Origin: Coraliomargarita sp. | GTDB taxonomy: Bacteria > Verrucomicrobiota > Verrucomicrobiia > Opitutales > Coraliomargaritaceae | Length of the DNA: 64,000 bases | Assembly (NCBI GenBank): GCA_965216325.1 | Contig: OZ244160.1 | Coordinates: 2,496,001 to 2,560,000 of the forward strand | Reading direction: 5' to 3' | Made by a program: the position numbers and the translations under genes | Part shown: one piece after another, positions 42,413 through 52,190 of the stretch | How the letters are laid out: each line of letters starts with the position of its first letter | Position numbering within the stretch: the first letter of the stretch is position 1 | Notes under the pieces: generated by a model | What the model was told of the DNA's origin: nothing | What the model saw: the letters and a program-made list of their open reading frames with translations, nothing else | The model's database searches: none

Positions 42413-45400
42413 ATGTTTAGCTTATTTTTTATTAAACGACCGATCTTCGCCGCGGTGATCTCCATCGTGATCGTGGTGCTTGGTTTGGTTTCGTTGGTTA
42501 GCTTGCCGATCGCGCGCTATCCAGACCTCGCACCACCGACGATCAACGTTTCTGCAGTCTATCCGGGCGCAGATGCCTTGACTGTGGCGGATACCGTTGC
42601 TGCCACTATTGAGAAGGAGGTCAATGGGGTCGAACAGATGATCTACATGAGTTCCGTCAGTGGTAATGACGGTAGCATGAACTTGACGGTTACTTTTGAG
42701 CCCGGGGTGGATTTGGATACCGCCAATGTCCTGGTGCAGAATCGTGTGTCGCTTGCGGAGCCACGTTTGCCCGAGGAGGTGAAACGAACCGGTGTCTCGG
42801 TGAAAAAGCAGTCAACGGACATCGTGATGTTCATTGGACTGACCTCACCGGATAACACCTATGATGCCGCTTATCTTTCCAATTTCGCTAATCTGCGAAT
42901 TCGCGATGATTTGCTGCGTGTGCCCGGCGTCGGTGACGTGATGGTTTATGGCGTTGGTGAATTTAGTATGCGTGTCTGGCTCGATCCAGATCAGCTTCGA
43001 GTTCGTAATCTGTCAGCTTCGGAAGTCGTCGCTGCAATTCGAGAACAAAACATTCAGGTGGCTGCGGGACGTGTGGGTGCCGCGCCTGCACCGACTGGAA
43101 CAGCCTTCGAGTATGTTCTGAGCGCACATGGCCGATTGGTCGAAGTCGAGGAGTTTGAGGATATCGTGGTGGCAACCAGTCCGGATGGTCGCACGATCCG
43201 AATCAAGGATGTGGGGCGCGTAGAGCTGGGCTCAGACGTATATAACTTTGAGTCCCGCTTGAATGGTGCGGCGGCAGCGACCTTGGCGATCTATCAGATT
43301 CCTGGATCCAACTTGATGGAGGTTGCAGATGGGGTGACCGCAAAGATGACCGAGCTGTCTGCTTCATTTCCGAACGATGTGGCTTACAAGGTTGCCTACG
43401 ACTCCACTTGGGTGGTGGATGCCTCGATTAAGGAGGTCGTGATCACACTTTTCGCCACGCTGATTCTGGTGGTCTTAACGGTTTACTTCTTCTTGCAGAA
43501 CATTCGCATGACTTTGATTCCGACGATCACCATTCCAGTGGCATTGATCGGCACCTTCTCGGTCTTGTTGATGTTGGGCTTCTCGTTGAACATCCTGACG
43601 CTGTTTGGCTTGGTCCTGGTAATTGGTATTGTGGTGGATGACGCGATTCTCGTGGTTGAGAATACGGCGGTCCACTTGGACCGAGGCTTGAGCGGTAAAG
43701 AGGCGGCTGCGGTTTGTATGAAGGAAGTCTCGGGCCCAGTTGTTGCGACGACTTTGGTGCTTTTGGCAGTGTTCGTTCCAACTGCGATGATGTCGGGCAT
43801 CACCGGCACGATGTTCAAGCAGTTTGCGATTACGATTTCGATCGCGACGGTTTTCTCCTCGATCAATGCGCTGACCTTGAGCCCGGCTCTCTGTGGTGTG
43901 TTGCTCAAGCCGGGGCAGGGGGAAGCCAAGGGGCTCTTCAAAGCCTTCAATACGACCGTCGAGAAATCGAATAACTTCTACCAAGGCATTGTTCGCTGGG
44001 CCTTGCGTGGTTCGGTGATCGGCATCTGTGTTTTCGTTGGTATTGTTTATATCTCTGTGAAGGGGATGAGTAGCTTGCCAACTGGTTTCGTTCCACAAGA
44101 GGACGAAGGCTATTGTATGATCAGTGTGCAGCTTCCGGATGGTGCGACACTTGAACGCACACAAGCGGTGATGAAGCAAGTTGAGCAGCTTGTGGCAGAC
44201 ACTGAAGGCACTGTTGATTGCTTGGCAATTTCGGGCTATTCTTTGATCGATGGTGCTGCTGCCGCGAATGCTGGATTTGCGGTGGTTGTCTTTGATCAAT
44301 GGGATGATCGTCCGACACCTGAGCTACACCAGAACGGGCTGATTGTGACCATGCAGGGAAAGCTCAACCAGATTCAGGAAGCCGCGGCCTTTGCCTTCCC
44401 GATGCCCTCGCTTCCAGGCGTGGGGATGACAGGTGGTTTCACCTACATGCTGCAAGACCGTGAAGGCGGTGGTCTCGAGCAGTTGCAAACCGTAGCCGGT
44501 GGCCTGATCCAAGAGGCGAATGCGGATCCAGCTGTCGCAGGTGCACGTACGACTTTCCGCGCGAGCGTTCCGCAGATTTTCGTGGATATTGACCGCGAGC
44601 AAGTGAAGCGCACTGGCACATCGATGACTTCGGTTTTCGATACCTTGCAAGTATATCTGGGCTCTTCCTACGTAAATGACTTCACGCTTTTTGGGCGTGT
44701 GTTCAAAGTGACTGCGCAAGCGGATACGCCCTTCCGCGGTGATCCCGACGACATTAATCGACTGGCTGTTAAGGGTGCGGATGGCCGTATGATTCCATTG
44801 GGAGCGGTGGCTTCACTGGAAGAACGCCTCGGCCCGCAGAATGTGATCCGGTTTAACATGATGCCATCGGTTAAGATCCTCGGCAATCCTGCTCCAGGCT
44901 ACAGTTCGGGGCAGGCGATGAATACCATGGAGCGTTTGTCGATGACGAATATTCCTTCGTCGATGGCATTTGCTTGGTCGGAGTTGTCCTATCAAGAAAA
45001 GCAGGCAGCGTCTGGCTTGGCTGCTGTGTTTGGTTTTGCGGTCTTGATGGTGTACCTCTTGCTTGCTGCGCAGTATGAAAGTTGGACCTTGCCGATCTCA
45101 GTTTGTTTGTCAGTTCCAACTGCGCTGTTTGGTGCGGTCTATGCGGTGAAACTCCGTGGCTTTGAGAACAACGTCTACACACAGATTGGTTTGATCCTGC
45201 TGATCGCGCTTTCGACCAAGACGGCGATTCTATTGACCGAGTTTGCCAGTGTGCAGCGTAAGAAGGGCATGAGTATCTTCGATTCTGCGGTTGAGGCGGT
45301 TAAGTTGCGTTTCCGTGCGGTGTTGATGACTGCCTTCTCTTTCATCCTCGGTGTGATTCCCCTTTTGATCGCATCGGGTGCAGGTGCCGCTTCTCGTCAG

Positions 45401-45565
45401 ATTCTTGGCACTGCGGTGTTTGGTGGCATGGTGGCCGCCACGATCCTCAGTTTGATCGTGGTGCCGATGATGTTCTTCGTGATTCAAAAGTTGGTTGAAA
45501 GCATCCGCGGAGGTGAAGCGGCCGTTGTGGCAGGAGAGCAATCCGAACCGAAGGACAATGTGTAG
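42413..45565 (+). CDS. HAE1-family RND efflux permease
   Basis: FFIKRPIFA, IGIVVDDAILVVEN, LSPALC, LRFRAVLMT. Confidence 0.96.
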   Translation: MFSLFFIKRPIFAAVISIVIVVLGLVSLVSLPIARYPDLAPPTINVSAVYPGADALTVADTVAATIEKEVNGVEQMIYMSSVSGNDGSMNLTVTFEPGVDLDTANVLVQNRVSLAEPRLPEEVKRTGVSVKKQSTDIVMFIGLTSPDNTYDAAYLSNFANLRIRDDLLRVPGVGDVMVYGVGEFSMRVWLDPDQLRVRNLSASEVVAAIREQNIQVAAGRVGAAPAPTGTAFEYVLSAHGRLVEVEEFEDIVVATSPDGRTIRIKDVGRVELGSDVYNFESRLNGAAAATLAIYQIPGSNLMEVADGVTAKMTELSASFPNDVAYKVAYDSTWVVDASIKEVVITLFATLILVVLTVYFFLQNIRMTLIPTITIPVALIGTFSVLLMLGFSLNILTLFGLVLVIGIVVDDAILVVENTAVHLDRGLSGKEAAAVCMKEVSGPVVATTLVLLAVFVPTAMMSGITGTMFKQFAITISIATVFSSINALTLSPALCGVLLKPGQGEAKGLFKAFNTTVEKSNNFYQGIVRWALRGSVIGICVFVGIVYISVKGMSSLPTGFVPQEDEGYCMISVQLPDGATLERTQAVMKQVEQLVADTEGTVDCLAISGYSLIDGAAAANAGFAVVVFDQWDDRPTPELHQNGLIVTMQGKLNQIQEAAAFAFPMPSLPGVGMTGGFTYMLQDREGGGLEQLQTVAGGLIQEANADPAVAGARTTFRASVPQIFVDIDREQVKRTGTSMTSVFDTLQVYLGSSYVNDFTLFGRVFKVTAQADTPFRGDPDDINRLAVKGADGRMIPLGAVASLEERLGPQNVIRFNMMPSVKILGNPAPGYSSGQAMNTMERLSMTNIPSSMAFAWSELSYQEKQAASGLAAVFGFAVLMVYLLLAAQYESWTLPISVCLSVPTALFGAVYAVKLRGFENNVYTQIGLILLIALSTKTAILLTEFASVQRKKGMSIFDSAVEAVKLRFRAVLMTAFSFILGVIPLLIASGAGAASRQILGTAVFGGMVAATILSLIVVPMMFFVIQKLVESIRGGEAAVVAGEQSEPKDNV

Positions 45566-45679
45566 CCTTGGTAGGGCAAGTTTCACTCTGGATTATTGAT
45601 GGGATGAGTCATGTTCTGGCCGTAGTAAACGGCTATGAGCTTTGGTCGCCTAATGTCATTTTGAATACGGTCTGGCCTG

Positions 45680-45880
45680 TTATACCCCTCCGCCTTAGCA
45701 ACCGTCTAAGCTCTTCGAGCTACGCCGGTCACAGAGCTAAGTCACTTTCCCTTCGCAGGGGAGGAGCTTTCTTCTACTAAGCTCTCCTCCTTTTCAATGA
45801 GGAGTGGTCGGCTTGTCCGACCGAGGTGGTTAACTCCTTTAGGGGGATTGCTATATGTCCGCCGTAGCCTTGGCTACGGT
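45680..45880. repeat. Cluster of degenerate palindromic intergenic elements
   Basis: CCCTTCGCAGGGGAGGAGCTT facing AAGCTCTCCTCC; GGTCGG-CTTGT-CCGACC; CCGTAGCC-TT-GGCTACGG; lies between convergent genes. Confidence 0.5.
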
Positions 45881-45984
45881 GCAAACGAGACGTGGTGGTA
45901 GCCAACCAGCCCAAACCTTTTGCAAATCATCGGTATGATGCCCTGCTGTTTGCCGACGGGGGAACTATACCTGTGACAACGCAA

Positions 45985-46851
45985 TTAATGCTCAGAACTG
46001 ATCTGCGGAATATCAAACACCTGAGATAAGACTCCGAAATTCGTAGTGCCGCGCTCAATGATAATGCGGCTCTGTAGGACGTCATCCAAATAAGACTCTA
46101 CATGGAAGGCCTCATTCATGCCTTCAAGCTTGTGGTAGTCCTTATAGAGTGTTTTACGAATTTTTCCGTCCGCGAATGTCTCGATTCGGGCCAATACATG
46201 CATGGTTGAAGGGGCGACATAGACCTGCATTTCCGCATCTTGCTCGCTTCTCGTAATGTCTACCAGAATGCATTCTTGCTCCTCCCAGATGGCAAGTTCG
46301 AGATGGCTGATCTCTCCTTCACCTAAAAGCAGAGCGCGCATTACCGGCCCGAAGAATTGGGCACTGTCAATCATGGCCTCAGCTTCTTTTTGCTCAAGAA
46401 GCTTAACCTGGGGGTCCTGTCCCGGTGCAGTTACCCGTTGCCACACGTTTTGTCCATTCACACCGAATGACAAGTCATAGTCCTCAAATTCAAAGGTTAG
46501 CAGCGATTTATCGGGGCGCTTTTTTACCGAAACAAATCGTTGTCTTGCTCCTTCGCCTTCCATCCAGCCGGAAACGCGAATTGTTTGCATCTTGTTGAGC
46601 ATTTCCGAACCGCCATTTGCGATTAGATAGGCCTGTTGGAAGTGGGACTTGTCGAGTAAATCGTCTAGAGAGCCGTAGGGTTCTGTCTTTACTTCTGTAC
46701 TTTCCGAATCATCACCAAACCATCCCCAGAGAGCCATACATACGGAAATGGCCAAGGTCACAATCAAAAGGCACAATGCTCCGAATAGTATCTTTTGTAG
46801 GCGTGTCGGACCGAGTGCAACCGGAGTTGTGTTCGTGTATGATTTGGCCAT
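45985..46851 (-). CDS. Membrane-anchored hypothetical protein, possibly LolA-like fold
   Basis: N-terminal TM helix; AYLIANGG...MQTIRVSG and YKDYHKLEGM patterns. Confidence 0.7.
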   Translation of the reverse strand: MAKSYTNTTPVALGPTRLQKILFGALCLLIVTLAISVCMALWGWFGDDSESTEVKTEPYGSLDDLLDKSHFQQAYLIANGGSEMLNKMQTIRVSGWMEGEGARQRFVSVKKRPDKSLLTFEFEDYDLSFGVNGQNVWQRVTAPGQDPQVKLLEQKEAEAMIDSAQFFGPVMRALLLGEGEISHLELAIWEEQECILVDITRSEQDAEMQVYVAPSTMHVLARIETFADGKIRKTLYKDYHKLEGMNEAFHVESYLDDVLQSRIIIERGTTNFGVLSQVFDIPQISSEH

Positions 46852-46882
46852 CCTGTTCCTTTCGTATCTATGATTAAATTAC

Positions 46883-46914
46883 AAAAAAGTCCCGCAGTTT
46901 AACCTGCGGGACTT
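46883..46914 (-). terminator. Intrinsic terminator of the PEP-CTERM gene
   Basis: Minus strand AAGTCCCGCAG-GTTAAA-CTGCGGGACTTTTTT. Confidence 0.88.
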
Positions 46915-46943
46915 GTCTATAAATAATTGCTGTGCGCAAGCTT

Positions 46944-47681
46944 TTACTTGCGACGACGAACCATGACCCATCCAAGGGCAAGGGCACCTGCGATCAGACT
47001 GTAGGTGCTTGATTCTGGAACGGCAGGAGTGTATTCGTAAGTTACAGACGCTGAGAAAGTGCCTGTTGATAGTGCTGATTGCTGACGAAGGACACCGGAA
47101 CCATTTAGGGTGTTGTCTGTGATGGTTGCAGCATAAGCCTTAGCCAGATCAAACTTAACCGTGCCAAGTCCTGTGTAGAGTCCCCAAACCGCTGAATTGA
47201 TCTCGCGGTCTGTTACGCCGTAAGTCTGTTCAGTAGTTGCAAAAGAAGCGTAGTCGCCTTCTCCGGGCTGGACGTCGAAGGTATCAGTTCCCTCGGTGCC
47301 TGTGTCTGGGTCGAGGTTGTATGCGAATGTTTGTGTTGTGTAACTGAAATCTGAAGCGTCCAGCTGGCTAAAACCTGCGTCAGTTGTCAGGTTTCCACCT
47401 TCAAAACCATCTGCACCAAATTCACCGAAATTGTAGTTACCGCTTGCGGTGCCAGTTGCGTCATTGTCGAGCTCAAGAGTTTGAGAAACGACCACATACT
47501 CGATAGTAAGTTTCACTCCAGTCAGTGTTCCCAAGTTAGAGTCGAACTGATTGAGTGTGAGCACGTTTGAGCCCAAGCTCTCAGTGAATTGAAAAGCAAG
47601 AGAATCGTTAAAGGTAACTGTCTCTGCGAAGAGAGCAGCTGGTAGTGCAGCTAGCGCAGCGATTTTAGTCGTAGTATTCAT
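46944..47681 (-). CDS. PEP-CTERM exosortase-target surface protein (choice-of-anchor E-like domain)
   Basis: Signal peptide; QFDSNLGTLTGVKL; Thr/Ser-rich; C-terminus VPESSTYSLIAGALALGWVMVRRRK. Confidence 0.92.
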   Translation of the reverse strand: MNTTTKIAALAALPAALFAETVTFNDSLAFQFTESLGSNVLTLNQFDSNLGTLTGVKLTIEYVVVSQTLELDNDATGTASGNYNFGEFGADGFEGGNLTTDAGFSQLDASDFSYTTQTFAYNLDPDTGTEGTDTFDVQPGEGDYASFATTEQTYGVTDREINSAVWGLYTGLGTVKFDLAKAYAATITDNTLNGSGVLRQQSALSTGTFSASVTYEYTPAVPESSTYSLIAGALALGWVMVRRRK

Positions 47682-48209
47682 TGTTAGTATGTTGAGTTAC
47701 TAAATTATAAGTATGTTGCGTCAGTAAATTAAGGTCGTAGAAGGCAAACCGAGGCTAACCGAGGCAAACATGATGAAATAATTCGTTATGGAAAGAAAAA
47801 ATAATGGGTAGTTTCCCCCTTTTTTTGTCAGTTTGATACACTAGATTAGAGTTGCTTGTGAATAAACCAGCATTAAGCAGTATTCATTCCAGATGGTCGT
47901 TAAGGGCTTTATTTGTTATAAAAATTTAAAATAAATTCGGAGGATACGATTGGAACTGATCAAAATGAGCCATGTTGACTAATCTAAGGCTAATGAACGG
48001 CGGTTTGTGTCTCGCCACTCTTTTCTCAGTATTCCGGCTATCGAATTGTGTGGAGCAACTCGGGAGCGCCCATGAGATGGTTTGGGATCTTTCGGTGGGG
48101 GACTTTCAGGTAAATGAATGGATTTCTCCTGAATGAGAGTATTTGTGATTAAGGGGCATTGACCTTGACCCGCTTAATCGGAATCTCAATTCGAGCAGAG
48201 AACGAGATC

Positions 48210-48953
48210 ATGAATAATCCCTACGAGTCGGACGAGCTGTTACAGCAGTATTTGGTTTTTCATTATGCGACTGCTACGGAGCAGTTTCCCTATCCTTTTG
48301 GTGGAGTCGATGCGCTGGATTTTCCGCAGCGCTGTGTGACGGAGGGGGTTCTTGCGGAGCGGCTACCTGAAGGAGCGCGCGCTTTGGATCTGGGCTGTTC
48401 AGTCGGGCGTTCAAGTTTTGAACTCGCGCGCTACTGCTCGGAAGTGATTGGGATTGATTTCTCGCAGTCTTTCATTGATGCGGCCAGTCGCTTGCAGCAC
48501 GAGGGCACGCATCCAGCAACTCGCTTGGATGAGGGCTCGGCTTCGACGCAACTGTCGGTCGCGGTTGATCCTGAGCTGGATCGTTCACGCGTTACCTTTG
48601 AGCAAGGGGATGCTCAGGCCATACGCGCTGATATTGGTCAGTTTGATGTGGTGATTGCCTGCAATTTGATCTGCCGGTTGCCCGAGCCGATGCGGCTATT
48701 GCAACGCTTGCCGGAATTAGTGAAGCCTGGTGGGCAGTTGTTCATAACCACCCCATTCACTTGGCTGGAGGAATATACGCCCTCGGAGAATTGGTTGGGC
48801 GATGGTGCACAGGATTCTTTTGCAGGTTTACGTGCCGCTTTAGAGCCTGCGTTTGAGTTGGATGCTCAATGGGATATGCCCTTTTTGATCCGTGAGCATG
48901 CCCGTAAGTTTCAGTATAGTATCGCGCAAGGTAGCCGTTGGTTACGTAGCTGA
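48210..48953 (+). CDS. SAM methyltransferase resembling the OvoA C-terminal mercaptohistidine N-methyltransferase
   Basis: NPYESDELLQQYLVFHY, ALDLGCSVGRSSFEL, NLICRL, PFTWLEEYTP, IREHARKFQ. Confidence 0.8.
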   Translation: MNNPYESDELLQQYLVFHYATATEQFPYPFGGVDALDFPQRCVTEGVLAERLPEGARALDLGCSVGRSSFELARYCSEVIGIDFSQSFIDAASRLQHEGTHPATRLDEGSASTQLSVAVDPELDRSRVTFEQGDAQAIRADIGQFDVVIACNLICRLPEPMRLLQRLPELVKPGGQLFITTPFTWLEEYTPSENWLGDGAQDSFAGLRAALEPAFELDAQWDMPFLIREHARKFQYSIAQGSRWLRS

Positions 48954-49163
48954 TTGAGGTTGATCATCCAGTGCTCTTCAATGAACTTAGCAAAGTCTTA
49001 GTTCTCACTTTATTCTGTCTATAGATACTGTAGAATATGAGGGCTGTAGTTCTTTAGATGCAGGCTCACACAACTATGATGCGGATAGCAGCACACTTGG
49101 TTTAGGTATCACTGATTACTTCTAGACTCTCTAGTTGACTTTAGTGAACAAACGCCGCGGTGA

Positions 49164-49868
49164 CTATGCCGTGGCTTCTTTGATATTTCGATATGAGAGG
49201 TATTCCCAATCCATCTTTAGTAGTGCTTCCATTTGATCAGCTACTCGAAGCTGGAGATCGTCTGGATGGATTGAAATTCGGAGCGGTTTTCTGCTTCGAA
49301 TCGCTTTCTTGGTCTGTATACGGTTCCAATGACGGAGAAAGGTTTCTCGCAGGTAGGTGTCAGCCTCGAATCCAGTGAGTGGATAGCTTTCGCGTTCGAT
49401 ACCATTCTCCAGTCGAATCAAACCTCGGGTAGTTTCGATCATCCGATACGGGGCTTGCTGTAAGTGTTCTTTCGAGATGAATCCCAGTGCCCATGCGGGT
49501 GGGACATAGAACTCCGGCTGAGGGAGTTGGTGCTCAATGAACCAAGTGCCTGATTGTATCAGCAAATCCAATACGCCTTGCGAATCAAGGTCCAGGTGCT
49601 CGGCGACATCTCGAGAGATTAGTAGCGAGTGAAGTCGATGGTATAGTTTTCGAGGGGTTGTTTGATGGTGCCAGCCGTGCGCTGCCAGTTGATGCCCTTT
49701 GTCGGCAAGTTCTCGCAGGCGCACGATCTGTTCAGGTGTCCATGCTTTACCTGGGACGACCAGTAAGGTGACGGGGGGCACATTGATGGAGTCTAGCCAG
49801 TCGAGAATCGCTTCGACGCGCGCCATGGTGTCAGGCATGAGGTCGTGTATGCTGACGAGTGCCTTCAT
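49164..49868 (-). CDS. Polysaccharide deacetylase-like protein (DUF2334 type)
   Basis: VSIHD, HGWHH, VPPAW, ISIHPDD. Confidence 0.85.
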   Translation of the reverse strand: MKALVSIHDLMPDTMARVEAILDWLDSINVPPVTLLVVPGKAWTPEQIVRLRELADKGHQLAAHGWHHQTTPRKLYHRLHSLLISRDVAEHLDLDSQGVLDLLIQSGTWFIEHQLPQPEFYVPPAWALGFISKEHLQQAPYRMIETTRGLIRLENGIERESYPLTGFEADTYLRETFLRHWNRIQTKKAIRSRKPLRISIHPDDLQLRVADQMEALLKMDWEYLSYRNIKEATA

Positions 49869-49873
49869 TGACG

Positions 49874-51010
49874 CTATTTTTTCGCGTATTTCGCGAGAAC
49901 ATTGGCCCACTGCAGTACGGTTTCACGATTGAGTTGCTCGGCTGCCTTGCGGCAGATCGCTGCTTTGCGTTGCCACTCTTCAGGAGGGAGTTCCAGCAGG
50001 CGGCGGATTGCTTTGGTCAAGGTATCTTCTGGATTGAGTGCAAAGAGTCCGTCTCTGAGGAGTGGCCAATCGTGAATGCCTGCATTGGCAGACACGAGCG
50101 CGGGGCGTCCACGAGCCATCGCTTCGAGTGCAACTGAGCCGAAGGTTTCTAACTTCGAGGGCAGCAGTAAGAAGCTACCAGAGTCGAGGAGCTCGATGAG
50201 CTCTTCACGGTTGAGCCAACCAGTAAAGCGCACGTTGCGCATGCCCTCGGCGGATGTCTCAAGTTTGTTTCGCAGTGGACCATCGCCACCAATTACAAAT
50301 TCGATTTGCGGGAAATTCGCTGCAGCTTCGATGATGCGATCCACATTTTTCTCTGCAGCGAGTCGGCCTGCGAAAATGATACGCTTGATGGTTCCCGGCG
50401 CTGGCTTGAGTGGCTTCTCGATAAATGCTGCTTGTAGGGGGGTGCCCATCACTTCGACACTCGGCGCACCGAGGTCCTCCACATCCTTTTGCAGATTGGA
50501 GTTGTTGATGAGCACGGTCTTACTGTTTTTACACAGTATCCGGTTTGCTGTGCGCAGGTAGCTGTTGACGATGGTTCGTGAGAATGCGTTCCAGTAAATT
50601 CGAGCGAGTTGCTCGAAGTCAGTGTGGAAGGCCGAGATGAATTGTGCCCCGCTGCGCCTCGCGTGAAACAGCCCAAGTAGGCCAAATGGGCCAGGGGTAA
50701 TCGCGATGACAACATCTGGTTTCAGCTTTTTATAGCCGCGGCCAATTCGAAAAATGTTGGGAGTGACCAAGCGTTGCATCGGGTCACCCGGCATCGGTAA
50801 GGAGAGGATGGGGTTGCCGTTGTGATTTTGTGGCTGAAAGATCTCCAGTGCTTCGACTTCTTTGCCCAATTGCCCTGCCAAATCGTGATAATAAGCGCCC
50901 GTGCCATTGCGTTCTGGTAGGGAGTCTGAGAAAAATGCCACGCGCACGTGTTTGGCGGGTGATGCTGATGTTTGCGGTGCTTCGGGGCTGACTGCAGTGC
51001 TGGTTTCCAT
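49874..51010 (-). CDS. GT4-family glycosyltransferase
   Basis: SDSLPERNG, FHTDF, FAGRLAAEKN, ETFGSVALEAM. Confidence 0.92.
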   Translation of the reverse strand: METSTAVSPEAPQTSASPAKHVRVAFFSDSLPERNGTGAYYHDLAGQLGKEVEALEIFQPQNHNGNPILSLPMPGDPMQRLVTPNIFRIGRGYKKLKPDVVIAITPGPFGLLGLFHARRSGAQFISAFHTDFEQLARIYWNAFSRTIVNSYLRTANRILCKNSKTVLINNSNLQKDVEDLGAPSVEVMGTPLQAAFIEKPLKPAPGTIKRIIFAGRLAAEKNVDRIIEAAANFPQIEFVIGGDGPLRNKLETSAEGMRNVRFTGWLNREELIELLDSGSFLLLPSKLETFGSVALEAMARGRPALVSANAGIHDWPLLRDGLFALNPEDTLTKAIRRLLELPPEEWQRKAAICRKAAEQLNRETVLQWANVLAKYAKK

Positions 51011-51011
51011 A

Positions 51012-52187
51012 CTAAGTCTTTAGGCTACGCGTGATTCGGCAGCGACTCTCCAAAATCGCATCATATGCGCGCTGCAAGCAAACATCGATTTCGCTATTTT
51101 CGCGGTGCTCGCTCTCGGGTTTGTGTTGGTGAGCGCTCTGATGTGGTCCATCGAGGGCGCTCAGTGACACTCGCAGTTGGTCGCTGATTGGAAGCTGCAG
51201 CGTCTTTAGGGTTTGTTTGATCATGCCAGCTGAGTCGGCCTTCAAGTCGGCTTGGTCTAGCACCGCGATCTGATGTGGATCTGCGCTAGCAAGCTGTTCG
51301 TTGAGGTATGGATAGTTGCTGGCAAAGACCTCGCGGAGAAGCTCCTGAGTCGCGCGACCGTCGGGGTCGGTAGCAAATAAAGCACGTGCGCTACTGAGGG
51401 AACTAAGCTGTGAGCTGAGGGCGCTTTGAGGCTCTCGAACGCAGAGCACGAACTGTGCATCGGGAAAATGTTGACGGAGGGCCCCGGTCCATGAGGCGAA
51501 GGCGGCATTTTTCGAGAGAAAGCGCTTATTCGGCGGGCTGCAGTAGAGGTGCTTCTGAATACAGCGCTCGTAAAAGTTGAGGTGTTGCTGCTGGCTGTAG
51601 CCGTTGGCCCTATTGAGCATGCCGACTTGTTTGAGCGATGGAGTAAAGGGGAAGGCTAGGAGCAGGATAAAGCAGCTGCCAATTGGCAGTAGCCAGAGGT
51701 AGTCTTCCTCGGGGATATCGAGGCCGACTTCGTGAATGTCATTGAAATCGCCGGCTTCGGAGGTGATTAGACGGTTGATTGCTTTTCTCCCGAAGCCGCC
51801 GAGGGCTCTGTCGATCGCTCCAAGGGTTCGGAGCACTTTACGCTCGGTAATTGATGGAGCCAGCACGGCTTCCCAGGTGCTGACTGTAGTAAACTCCTCG
51901 GAGTTTTGGGCCAGCATACGGTGGACAAAGGTGGTTCCGCTGCGTGGAATGCCTGAAATAAAAACGGGGGCTTTGATTGCCACTTTTCGATAGCTACGAA
52001 AGAGGCATTCATCGATCAAGAAACCGAACCAGTGAATCACTTGAAAGCCGACAAAGAGTGGGTACGCGATCAGCAATAGCAGCAGACGCTTCAGGCCTAG
52101 GGGGGCACCCGCGTGTTTGCCCGGCCAGAGCGACTGGAGCCACCAAAGGCCATGTCGGCCTAGGCTTTTGATGAACAGTGCGAACAT
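51012..52187 (-). CDS. PAPS-dependent sulfotransferase with hydrophobic N-terminus
   Basis: 5'-PSB loop GIPRSGTT; 3'-PB motif VREPQSALSS; PEED; LSKN. Confidence 0.9.
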   Translation of the reverse strand: MFALFIKSLGRHGLWWLQSLWPGKHAGAPLGLKRLLLLLIAYPLFVGFQVIHWFGFLIDECLFRSYRKVAIKAPVFISGIPRSGTTFVHRMLAQNSEEFTTVSTWEAVLAPSITERKVLRTLGAIDRALGGFGRKAINRLITSEAGDFNDIHEVGLDIPEEDYLWLLPIGSCFILLLAFPFTPSLKQVGMLNRANGYSQQQHLNFYERCIQKHLYCSPPNKRFLSKNAAFASWTGALRQHFPDAQFVLCVREPQSALSSQLSSLSSARALFATDPDGRATQELLREVFASNYPYLNEQLASADPHQIAVLDQADLKADSAGMIKQTLKTLQLPISDQLRVSLSALDGPHQSAHQHKPESEHRENSEIDVCLQRAYDAILESRCRITRSLKT

Positions 52188-52190
52188 GCG

